Shown here in pieces: positions 28,248-36,613 of a stretch of 64,000 nucleotides of DNA. The DNA is from Spirochaetaceae bacterium (GTDB taxonomy: Bacteria; Spirochaetota; Spirochaetia; PWKH01), in assembly GCA_003559765.1 (NCBI GenBank), contig PWKH01000084.1, positions 580-64,579 of the forward strand, read 5' to 3'. A program made the translations under genes and the position numbers. Within the stretch, counting starts at the first letter, position 1, and each line of letters starts with the position of its first letter. Under the pieces are notes generated by a model that did no database searches, was not told the DNA's origin, and worked only from the letters and a program-made list of their open reading frames with translations.

Positions 28248-28910
28248 ATGATGCGCGTATTCTGTTTAGACGAAATCGGCCGCTCCCTCAGGGAGTTTCA
28301 GCGGGAGTTTCCCGCAATTAATGACCGGCTTGCCATGAGGCGGGAAGAGCTCACAGAACTGATGATTGAGCAGATTCTGGAAGCCTACGGATTTCTCAAC
28401 ACTCTGCTGCTCAAGGAGATGGACTTGTTTACCCCCGCCGGGCTGTATGCCCTGCTTGAGATGAACCACCTGGTGCTCTGCGGCTCCGACCCCGGCACCA
28501 GGATGCAGTACTACCAGCACCTGAGCGAAACCCGGAAGAATTTTCTGCTGCGCATCAAACCCATAAAGGAATGGACTGCAAAGAAGCACAGCGGCAGCGA
28601 CGCATATCAGCTTGCCTCGGGATTCTACACTCGGATGCTATCCCGGCCCCAGCTCTTTCTCGAAGGAAATCACCGCACCGGAAATATTCTGCTGAACTAC
28701 CTGCTGATAAGCAAGCACGCCCCCCCGTATATTGTGTCTTCCGCCCATGCGCACACCTATCTTGATCTCTCCGGGGATATAAAGTTCACGGAAAAGGGAA
28801 ATTCCCTGGACACAGCTCTGCGGATGCCCGGCCACAGAAGAAGACTGGAAACTTTTCTCAGGGAATGCTCCAGCGTCAGATACATCACCGATATGGAGTC
28901 CCCGGTATGA
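28248..28910 (+). CDS. Fic-fold protein with a degenerate active-site motif
   Basis: 220 aa. PQLFLEGNHRTGNILLNYLL aligns with the Fic core HPFxDGNGRxxRLLxNxxL, but His is replaced by Gln, Gly by His and the second Arg by Asn. It is embedded between pstB and the Na/Pi cotransporter, with an ATGA overlap downstream. Confidence 0.55.
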   Translation: MMRVFCLDEIGRSLREFQREFPAINDRLAMRREELTELMIEQILEAYGFLNTLLLKEMDLFTPAGLYALLEMNHLVLCGSDPGTRMQYYQHLSETRKNFLLRIKPIKEWTAKKHSGSDAYQLASGFYTRMLSRPQLFLEGNHRTGNILLNYLLISKHAPPYIVSSAHAHTYLDLSGDIKFTEKGNSLDTALRMPGHRRRLETFLRECSSVRYITDMESPV

Positions 28911-30598
28911 GCAGCATATTGATATCACTGCAGATCATCGGCTCGATTGCCCTGTTTATGATCGGCTTTCATGCAGTTACCGACATTCTGCTGGCAGCCG
29001 TCAGTCCCTGGTTTAAGCATCGGATCATATCTCTCGGCAAAGGAGCTGGCCCCCGGGGTATGCTTATCGGTCTGCTGAGCGCCGGCGCCACCAGTTCAAA
29101 CGCCTCAGGAACGATATTCCTGATAACCATGGTCGACAGCAGGCTGACACAGCTGCGGCATGTCCCCTGGATCCTGCTGGGACTGAACCTGGGAGCAGCC
29201 TCAGCAAACTGGCTGATTGCCGCTGCCGGGTTTTCCCTCAATCTCTCGATCTACGGACTGGCGCTGCTGGCGGTATCCCTGCCCTTCCGGTTCAGCTCGT
29301 GGCTCAGCAGGTATGATCTTGGGGAGGTGCTCACCGGATGCGGGTGCATGCTCCTGGGAATCGAGCTGCTGCAGGGCAGCTATCTGCTGATTCCTTCCGA
29401 CCCGGTGCTGATCTACTGGATGCAGTTCATCTCCGAGCATCCGGCAGGTGCGGCGGGCTTCCTGCTTCTGGGAGCCGCTTGTGCCTGGAGCACCCGTTCC
29501 TCGGTTTCCGCTGCGGTGCTTTCCATGTCCCTTGCCGCGCGGGGCTGGATCCCCTTCCAGCTGTCCGCCGCCATGATGCTCGGCAGCAGTCTTGCCCTTG
29601 CTTTCGTCGGGTTTTCCGCAGCAAAACTGCTCGGCAGGGATGCCCGGATTACCGCATGGCTGAACCTGGTGATCCATATCGGCGCAGTGATCTGGGCTTC
29701 CGCCCTGTTCGGCCGGCTGATACAGCTGACTGATCTGCTGCTGCCGGGGCAGCGTTTCATCCCCGAGGATATTCCGCTTCGGATTGCCGCGTTTTACACC
29801 CTGGTGCATCTGATAAACCCGCTGGTTATCATGCCGCTGTTCACCCTGACGGGTTCACTTATCAGAAAAAGCGCCCTGGGAGCGCACTTCCTCAGAACCC
29901 CCGCAGCGGAATCGGCGGGTCTGCGGCAGCTGCCAAAAACTCTGCCCGACGCATTGGATGCGAATATGATTCTCATGCAGTCAGGTCTCGGACAAATGGC
30001 CGAATGGGCCTCGCAGATGCTGATGCTGGTCATGAACACCTCCCAGGAACCCGGCGGAGGGGAACACGCCCTGGAGAAGGTGCACCATGTTCAGCACAGA
30101 CTTGCAGGGATGCAGCAGGATATCTCCCGGGCAGGGAATGTGAGCATCCGGCAGTCCTGCAGCAGGCTGCAGGCTAAGACCATCCATCACCAGCTGCTGG
30201 TGGCAGAGGAACTTGCCGATATAGGCGAGGCCTGCGGCAAGTGCATGAATCTGCTGGTGAAAAGCTGGAGCAAGGGATACCGGTTCCATGAAGCAAGCAC
30301 CGATGAGCTGTTCTCCTTCATCTCCCAGGTTCTGGACTTTCTCCGGTATGTAAGCGATTATCTGGCAGACCGGATCCGTCAGCCTGATCTGCAGCTGGCA
30401 GATACCATGGAGGAGGCAATTGACACCATGCGGGACGCATTGCGGGAGAAGGCCCGAACCTTTCTCGAAGAGCATACAGGAGCCCAGGTCAAAGGAGAGT
30501 TTGCCTTTATTGAGATCATCAAGTACCTGGAGCATATCGGAGACAGCTGTCTGAGCATCTCCGGCACCATCCCGAAAATCATGAAGTATCCCCGGTAA
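28907..30598 (+). CDS. Na+/phosphate cotransporter (NptA family) with a C-terminal PhoU-like domain
   Basis: Start moved to MSSILISLQIIGSIALFMIGF (ATG 28907 overlaps the upstream stop). It has a polytopic N-terminal half and a helical C-terminal half ending IEIIKYLEHIGDSCLSIS, typical of the PhoU-like tail. Confidence 0.85.
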   Translation: MSSILISLQIIGSIALFMIGFHAVTDILLAAVSPWFKHRIISLGKGAGPRGMLIGLLSAGATSSNASGTIFLITMVDSRLTQLRHVPWILLGLNLGAASANWLIAAAGFSLNLSIYGLALLAVSLPFRFSSWLSRYDLGEVLTGCGCMLLGIELLQGSYLLIPSDPVLIYWMQFISEHPAGAAGFLLLGAACAWSTRSSVSAAVLSMSLAARGWIPFQLSAAMMLGSSLALAFVGFSAAKLLGRDARITAWLNLVIHIGAVIWASALFGRLIQLTDLLLPGQRFIPEDIPLRIAAFYTLVHLINPLVIMPLFTLTGSLIRKSALGAHFLRTPAAESAGLRQLPKTLPDALDANMILMQSGLGQMAEWASQMLMLVMNTSQEPGGGEHALEKVHHVQHRLAGMQQDISRAGNVSIRQSCSRLQAKTIHHQLLVAEELADIGEACGKCMNLLVKSWSKGYRFHEASTDELFSFISQVLDFLRYVSDYLADRIRQPDLQLADTMEEAIDTMRDALREKARTFLEEHTGAQVKGEFAFIEIIKYLEHIGDSCLSISGTIPKIMKYPR

Positions 30599-30601
30599 GG
30601 C

Positions 30602-32356
30602 TCATACCGGGAAGCGGAGGGTGAAGGTGCTTCCCTCACCCTCCATGCTTTCAACTTCCACCTGTCCCTGATGCTGCAGCATGATGTGCTTGACGATTGA
30701 CAGTCCCAGGCCGGTTCCGCCTTTGTCCCTGCTTCGCGCCTTGTCCACCCGGTAGAACCGCTCGAATATCCGGGGAATGTCGTGCTTCGGGATTCCGTAT
30801 CCCCGGTCAGTGATACTGATGAGCACTTCCTGCTCCTCCTGCCTGCAGACAACCGCAATGGGGAACGCCGGATCGCTGTATTTCATGGCATTTTCCACTA
30901 GATTGATCAGCGCCTGCTCGATGAGGTGGGCGTTTCCCCGAACGCCAAGGGAGTCGTCACAGCTGATTTGGATGGGCCGGTTCAGCTGCCGGGTCTTCTC
31001 CCGGCAGATCAGTACGGCATCCTTAATTATGGATACAACCGGAACCGCTGAGGTAAACTGATCCCGCTGGGGCTGCTCAAGGCTGGAAAGAGTAAGCAGA
31101 TCGTCAATAATAGCCTGCAGCCGGAGACTCTGGCGGTGAATGATTTCGGTGAATCTCCGGGAACGTTCCAGATCACTGAAATTGTCTTCCAGCAGGGTCT
31201 CAGAAAATCCATTGATGGAGGTAATCGGCGTTTTCAGTTCATGGGATACGTTAGCGACAAAATCCCGCCGAACCCGTTCCAGATGCATCAGCTGGGTGAT
31301 GTCGTTGCACACCAGCACTACCTGCCGAAGGACGGTTTCATCCGCTGAAGGAACGCTGGTTACGTTGATATGGTAGCTGGAGCGCCTCTGGGTGATCTCG
31401 GTGCTTCTGCTTTCCCCGTCCTCTGCAGTGTTCAGTATGCTATCATAGAGTTCAGGGCTTTTTATCACCGACTGGATCGGCCGGGAGTCAAGCGGCTGCC
31501 GCTTCTTTGCAAAAAACCGGTTTGCCGAAGGGTTCGCCTCCAGCACCCGCAGCTGCTCATCAAGGACGATGACCCCCTCGCTCATACTGTCGAGAACAGC
31601 CCGCAGTTCATCTCGCTGATACTGCATGGAGCTGAACTGCCGCTGCAGTTCACCGGCCATGGTCTGCAGGGATTCGGCCACCACCTGCACCTCCCTGACC
31701 GAACAGCCGCCGGAGGGACCGGAATGAAATTCGAGACGGGAAAACCGGGCAGCCCGCTCAGCAAGTTCGGCCAGAGGCCGCTCTATCTTTGAAATCAGCA
31801 GCCAGGCAAACAACAGGGCAATGCCCAGAAAAAGCAGGCTCCCTGCGGCGACATACCCGGAAACTGCCCGCTGTGAGCTTTGCAGTTCAACCATGGGCAG
31901 GGAGGTGCGCAGTGCGCCGGATTGTCCCCCCAGGGCTATGGGAAGGGCGAAATAGACCATGTCGTATCCGACGGAGTCACTGAAACGGACAGCAGCACGG
32001 GCCTCTCCGGCCAGAGCACGGGCTACTTCCTCCCGGTCGGCATGGTTGTCCATTTGTGACGGATCTGCGCTGCTGTCAGCCAGTACGGTGCCGCGGGCAT
32101 CAATGACGGTGATGCGCACCGGTGTATCAGCGCCTAGGGCGGCAACATACTCCTGCAGCTGATCCGGAGATAATTCCCGGTGTTCCAGCAGCACCTGCTT
32201 CAGCATGCGGGCATGATGCTCAATTGCTTCAATCCCCTGATGGGTGACGCGCTCCCGCACCGACTGAAGGGAGAACCATCCCAGAACGAGGGCGCTTACC
32301 AGCACATAGACCACAATCCCGGAAAACAGCAGTTTTCTCAGCCGGTAGGTCTTCAT
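30602..32356 (-). CDS. phoR: Phosphate-regulon sensor histidine kinase (PhoR-like)
   Basis: 584 aa. It has two TM segments, an H-box SHELKTPITSI, and N/G boxes (NLVENAMKY, DRGYGIP, GGTGLGLSIV). It has a 4-nt overlap with phoB and is adjacent to the pst operon. Confidence 0.85.
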   Translation of the reverse strand: MKTYRLRKLLFSGIVVYVLVSALVLGWFSLQSVRERVTHQGIEAIEHHARMLKQVLLEHRELSPDQLQEYVAALGADTPVRITVIDARGTVLADSSADPSQMDNHADREEVARALAGEARAAVRFSDSVGYDMVYFALPIALGGQSGALRTSLPMVELQSSQRAVSGYVAAGSLLFLGIALLFAWLLISKIERPLAELAERAARFSRLEFHSGPSGGCSVREVQVVAESLQTMAGELQRQFSSMQYQRDELRAVLDSMSEGVIVLDEQLRVLEANPSANRFFAKKRQPLDSRPIQSVIKSPELYDSILNTAEDGESRSTEITQRRSSYHINVTSVPSADETVLRQVVLVCNDITQLMHLERVRRDFVANVSHELKTPITSINGFSETLLEDNFSDLERSRRFTEIIHRQSLRLQAIIDDLLTLSSLEQPQRDQFTSAVPVVSIIKDAVLICREKTRQLNRPIQISCDDSLGVRGNAHLIEQALINLVENAMKYSDPAFPIAVVCRQEEQEVLISITDRGYGIPKHDIPRIFERFYRVDKARSRDKGGTGLGLSIVKHIMLQHQGQVEVESMEGEGSTFTLRFPV

Positions 32357-33048
32357 TCCTCTTTCCCCTCGGCCATCCGGTACCCGATGCCTCTGATCGT
32401 TTCTATGCAGGATCCTTTATGCTTCAGTTTTTTTCTCAGTGCAAGGATCTGCACATCTACTGACCGTTCGGTCACCGGATAATCCGCCCCCTTCACCGAT
32501 TCGATGATCTGCCCGCGGGAGAACACCCAGCCGGGGTTTCTGATGAGAAATTCCAGGATGGAGAATTCCGTAGCACTGAGTTCCAGGAGTTCTCCCTCCA
32601 GGGAGACGCGGAACCGTCTGGTATCAACCTCTAAGCCGTTGAGGGTAACAACGTCGGTATCAGAAGCTCTGTCCCGTGACCTCCGGCGGCGCCTGAGCAC
32701 CGCCCTGATGCGCGCAATCAGCACCCGGGGGGAGAATGGTTTGGTGATGTAGTCATCCGCCCCCATTTCCAGACCGATGATGATATCGGCATCATCGCTT
32801 TTCGCTGTGGCCATGAGTATCGGGATGTCATATCCCGACAGCGCCCGGCAGACCTCAAGCCCGTCGATGCCCGGAAGCATCAGATCCAGCAGGATCAGAT
32901 CAGGGCGGTCATGCTGCACCTTTGACAGCGCGTCCTCCCCCGTAGCCGCTGTGGCCACCTGATACCCCTCCTTTGTCAGGTTGTAGGCTATCAGCTCAAC
33001 GATATCCGGCTCGTCATCCACTACCAGAATTTTTTCCTTCGCCATCAC
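32353..33048 (-). CDS. phoB: OmpR/PhoB-family response regulator
   Basis: 231 aa. Receiver domain (ILVVDDEPDI, DLILLDLMLPGIDG) plus a winged-helix C-terminus (IETIRGIGYRM). Confidence 0.88.
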   Translation of the reverse strand: MMAKEKILVVDDEPDIVELIAYNLTKEGYQVATAATGEDALSKVQHDRPDLILLDLMLPGIDGLEVCRALSGYDIPILMATAKSDDADIIIGLEMGADDYITKPFSPRVLIARIRAVLRRRRRSRDRASDTDVVTLNGLEVDTRRFRVSLEGELLELSATEFSILEFLIRNPGWVFSRGQIIESVKGADYPVTERSVDVQILALRKKLKHKGSCIETIRGIGYRMAEGKEE

Positions 33049-33139
33049 TCATGCCCCCTGCAGCCCTGTTACGGCTCTGATTCTTCTTATCATGTTTCCC
33101 TTCCTTGGGATATCCCGGCATCTCTATTGAATCTGATGA

Positions 33140-33168
33140 ATGTGAGCATATCATTAATTGTATGTGAG
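33140..33168 (-). promoter_or_regulatory. Candidate Pho box upstream of phoBR (autoregulation)
   Basis: Read on the minus strand: CTCACAT-acaa-TTAATGA-tatg-CTCACAT with 11-bp phasing. This is nearly the same 29-bp element as upstream of pstS. Confidence 0.45.
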
Positions 33169-33264
33169 GATGGTATGAAAAAATAAAAAATGATGAAAAA
33201 CAGCTTCATGCTCTCCGGGTGACGGATATATGCAGAGCCGAATATTCAGTCTGCAGCATCAGGT

Positions 33265-33290
33265 TTCTCCCGGCCGTTTTGCCGGGAGAA
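33265..33290. other. Perfect 10-bp stem-loop in the long phoB / 33489 intergenic region
   Basis: TTCTCCCGGC (33265-33274), loop CGTTTT, GCCGGGAGAA (33281-33290). Only a weak T-rich stretch follows on the plus strand. Role unknown. Confidence 0.35.
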
Positions 33291-33488
33291 AATGAATTTT
33301 CCTGATGTGTCTGTCTGAGAGGAAAAATCATGAATGAAATCTCTCCCTTTCCTCCTACATGGTGATATGCGCTCTGCATGTGCAACTTGTGCAGAGAAAG
33401 TCACTGCTTTTTCCGGTCAGAGTGCTTTGCAGCATCCCCCGCCCGTGATATACTGAGCGCCGTTGCAGAAATCTTCACTGGAGCTGAC

Positions 33489-33968
33489 ATGGACGGATGG
33501 ATTCTCTTCGGTACGATCGGATTTTCCCTGCTTCCCATATCTGAACTGCGGGGGGCGATCCCTTTTGCCTATTTTCAGGGGGTGCCCCTGCCTCAGGCCT
33601 ATTTCATCAGTGTCGCCGCCAACGCCCTGGTCGGGCCGCTGGTCTACGTATTTCTTTCGAGCCTGCATCGGCTGTTTATCCGCTGGGGCTGGTACCGAGT
33701 GTTTTTCGACCGGACCGTCACTACTGCCCGGCTGAAGACCGAAAGAAAGGTGGAGAAATACGGATACTGGGGAGTGCTGCTTTTTGTTGCCGTCCCTCTG
33801 CCGATTACCGGGGCCTATACCGGAACCCTGGGGGCATGGATCCTCGGCCTTGATAAACGGCGCACCTGCCTGGCGGTTCTCGGGGGCGTGATCATTTCAG
33901 GTCTGATTGTATCTATGGTTGTGTATTTCGGAATCAGACCCCTTTCCATTTTCCTCAGGTCCGTGTAG
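33489..33968 (+). CDS. Small membrane protein, COG2426 / small multidrug export-like family
   Basis: Start moved to MDGWILFGTIGFSLLPISELRGAIP (Met38 of the ORF track entry). It has four hydrophobic segments, and the motifs PISELRGAIP and PLPITGAYTG recall the family. Confidence 0.65.
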   Translation: MDGWILFGTIGFSLLPISELRGAIPFAYFQGVPLPQAYFISVAANALVGPLVYVFLSSLHRLFIRWGWYRVFFDRTVTTARLKTERKVEKYGYWGVLLFVAVPLPITGAYTGTLGAWILGLDKRRTCLAVLGGVIISGLIVSMVVYFGIRPLSIFLRSV

Positions 33969-33992
33969 AATCCCCCCCATTGCGAGGACATC

Positions 33993-35987
33993 ATGAAGCT
34001 TCGACTCAAGGAATTATTAAATACAGAACAGTATGAAGCCGCTTCCGTCACAGAAGGCCCGCTGCTCATCATTGCCGGGGCAGGCTCCGGCAAAACCCGG
34101 ATGATCACCTACCGGATAGCCCATCTGCTGGAGCTGGGCATCCCTCAGCGGGCGGTGCTTGCCCTGACGTTCACCAACAAGGCCGCCAAAGAGATGGAGG
34201 AGCGGGTCTCCCAGCTGCTGGGAAAGCCGGCAAAGCGGCTGACCGTCTCAACTTTTCATGCCTTCGGACTCCAGGTAATCAAACGCCACGGTCCGCTTTT
34301 GGGATTTCGCGGAAACATTACCGTGTTTGACACCCAGGATGTGCAGGCGCTGATCAAAGAATCCGCCCGGGAGGCCAAAATCTCCCTGGAGGAGCTGAAC
34401 GTCTATGACATTGCCGGACGGTTTTCTCAGATAAAAAGCGGTCTCGCCTCCCTGGACAAGGAAACTGCGGTTATCAGACAGCTCTATGAGGAATACCAGA
34501 GCCATCTGCGGACCTATCAGGCGGTTGACTTTGATGATCTCATTGCCCTTCCTCTAGAGCTGTTCAGCACCCAGCCGGAGGTGCTGGAGGAGTACCGGGA
34601 GCGCTTCCGGCATATCCTGGTGGATGAATTCCAGGACACCTCCCGGCAGCAGTATCAGCTGCTGCGCATGATCGCCCTGGGGCACCGCAACATCTGCGTG
34701 GTCGGGGATGATGATCAGTCCATCTACTCCTGGCGGGGAGCGAATTACGAGAACATCACCGACTTCGAAACAGATTTTCCCGAGGTCAGGGAAATCAAGC
34801 TGGAGCAGAACTACCGCTGCACCGGCAACATTCTCACCGCGGCGAATCACCTGATCGCCAACAATGCAAAACGGAAGGTCAAGGCGCTGTGGACCGGGGA
34901 ACAGGAGGGACTGCCCCTGTATCTGAGGACCATGGACACTGAAAGCGACGAGGCGGGGTTCATGATCTCGAAGATCCGGGAGATGAAACGGAAGAACCGC
35001 TGGAGCTACGGATCCTTCGGGATTCTGGTACGGACCAATTCCCTGATGAATTCTATAGAGCATGAACTGGTCACCGAAAATATTCCCTACAGCGTCTCCG
35101 GGGGACAGAGCTTCTTTGCCCGCAAGGAGGTCAAGGATGTCATTGCCTATCTCCGGGTGCTGGCAAACCCTCACAACGATATCGACCTGCTGCGGGTGAT
35201 CAACACCCCCAGAAGGGGTCTGGGGAAAAGCACCATCGATCATCTTCACCGCTGGGCTGAGAAACGGGGCAGCTCGCTGTATTCCGCCGCCCGGGATATG
35301 ATCTCAGTGGACGCCTCCCCGCTGACCGGCAAGGCGAAGGGGGCTCTGGAGGAGCTGCTGAGTCTGCTGGATGAGACCTCCCGGCGGATCAAACAGAGCA
35401 GGCAGATGGCCGAGGTGCTGAAAAACCTCCTGGAGGTAATCGAATACCGGCTGCATCTGCTTGCCGAACATCCGAAGAACGAACAGCTGGGCAGATGGAA
35501 GTACGACAATGTCCTGCGGTTTCTCCAGTTCTTCTCCCAGTGGGAGCAGGATCCGGATACCGGCAGCGCAACGCTGTATGACTATCTCAACCGGATATCC
35601 CTGTCTGGGAAACAGGAGCCCGATCTCCGGGAGGGACGGATCAGCCTGATGACGATCCATGCATCCAAGGGACTTGAGTTTGACTGCGTGTTCCTGCCTG
35701 CGGTGGAAGAGGAGATTATTCCCCACGGCAGGAGCATAGAGGAGGACCCGGCATCTCTGGAGGAGGAGCGCAGGCTCTTCTACGTAGCCTTGACCCGGGC
35801 CCGGCAGGCGGTGTTCATCAGCAGCTGCAGAACCAGAAAATACCTGAAGGGGCGCAGGGAGTGCCTCCCCTCCCCCTTTCTGGAGGAGATACCCAAGGAG
35901 CTGTTCAGTCACGAGGAAACCGATGCTCCAGTGTCAACAGAAGAGGCCCGGGACTTTTTCAGCGAACTGAGAAAAAAGCTCAGCTGA
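33993..35987 (+). CDS. UvrD/PcrA/Rep-family SF1 DNA helicase
   Basis: 664 aa. Walker A AGAGSGKT, motif II VDEFQDTS, and TIHASKGLEF and YVALTRAR near the C-terminus. Confidence 0.92.
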   Translation: MKLRLKELLNTEQYEAASVTEGPLLIIAGAGSGKTRMITYRIAHLLELGIPQRAVLALTFTNKAAKEMEERVSQLLGKPAKRLTVSTFHAFGLQVIKRHGPLLGFRGNITVFDTQDVQALIKESAREAKISLEELNVYDIAGRFSQIKSGLASLDKETAVIRQLYEEYQSHLRTYQAVDFDDLIALPLELFSTQPEVLEEYRERFRHILVDEFQDTSRQQYQLLRMIALGHRNICVVGDDDQSIYSWRGANYENITDFETDFPEVREIKLEQNYRCTGNILTAANHLIANNAKRKVKALWTGEQEGLPLYLRTMDTESDEAGFMISKIREMKRKNRWSYGSFGILVRTNSLMNSIEHELVTENIPYSVSGGQSFFARKEVKDVIAYLRVLANPHNDIDLLRVINTPRRGLGKSTIDHLHRWAEKRGSSLYSAARDMISVDASPLTGKAKGALEELLSLLDETSRRIKQSRQMAEVLKNLLEVIEYRLHLLAEHPKNEQLGRWKYDNVLRFLQFFSQWEQDPDTGSATLYDYLNRISLSGKQEPDLREGRISLMTIHASKGLEFDCVFLPAVEEEIIPHGRSIEEDPASLEEERRLFYVALTRARQAVFISSCRTRKYLKGRRECLPSPFLEEIPKELFSHEETDAPVSTEEARDFFSELRKKLS

Positions 35988-36037
35988 CCGCTGTCCCGGG
36001 ACTTTTCGATGATCTGAAACCGGTTTATGATACCCCC

Positions 36038-36610
36038 ATGAAACTGATCACCCCGCGGCTGGTGCTGTCGACGCTCACCTCCCGTGACGCCCGCCGGGTC
36101 CTTGCCTTTCTCCGCAGCAACCGGAGGCATCTGGAATGGAGTGAGCCGACCAGACCGCCGGACTACTATACCCTTGCAGGACAGCGGCGGATTCTGGATG
36201 ACGAAGCCCGTACTACGGCCCATATCAGGTTCTGGATTACCCTGCAGAACTCATCACCGATCATCGGATCGGTCCTCCTGGGGGGCATCGACTGGAATTA
36301 TCCGGCCTCCTGTTTCCTGGGGTACCGCATCGCCGAGGCACACACCGGAAAGGGGTATATGACCGAGGCCGCAGCAGCAGTGATCGACTACGCCTTCCGG
36401 GAGCTTAAGCTCAAGCGGATTGAGGCGAACATCATGCCGATAAACACTCCCTCCCTCAGGACCGCAAAAAAACTGGGGTTCACCCGCTTCGGGTTCTCCC
36501 GGGGCTATCTCCAGATTAACGGCAGGAGGGAGGATCATATCAGGACGGAACTGCATTCAAAGGAATGGATTTCCCGCCCTTGTCCTTTTTCCTACAAAAT
36601 TGTAGGATAA
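36038..36610 (+). CDS. GNAT-family N-acetyltransferase (RimJ/RimL-like)
   Basis: Start moved to MKLITPRLVL (Met60 of the ORF track entry). The sequence LGYRIAEAHTGKGYMTEAAAAVIDYAF and IEANIMPINTPSLRTAKKLGF is typical of RimJ/L-type GNATs. Confidence 0.8.
   Translation: MKLITPRLVLSTLTSRDARRVLAFLRSNRRHLEWSEPTRPPDYYTLAGQRRILDDEARTTAHIRFWITLQNSSPIIGSVLLGGIDWNYPASCFLGYRIAEAHTGKGYMTEAAAAVIDYAFRELKLKRIEANIMPINTPSLRTAKKLGFTRFGFSRGYLQINGRREDHIRTELHSKEWISRPCPFSYKIVG
36591..36606. promoter_or_regulatory. 16-bp palindrome CCTACAAAATTGTAGG, 8 nt upstream of the activator start codon
   Basis: Perfect 7-bp arms CCTACAA/TTGTAGG. It belongs to the same motif family as the four sites upstream of the two sigma-54 promoters. 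Confidence 0.4.
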
Positions 36611-36613
36611 GCT

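Noticed and set aside
33411-33440. CCGGTCAG string reminiscent of part of the guanidine-III riboswitch, upstream of the small export-protein gene.
   Set aside because: Only a few nucleotides match, and the pseudoknot partner sequences are not evident.
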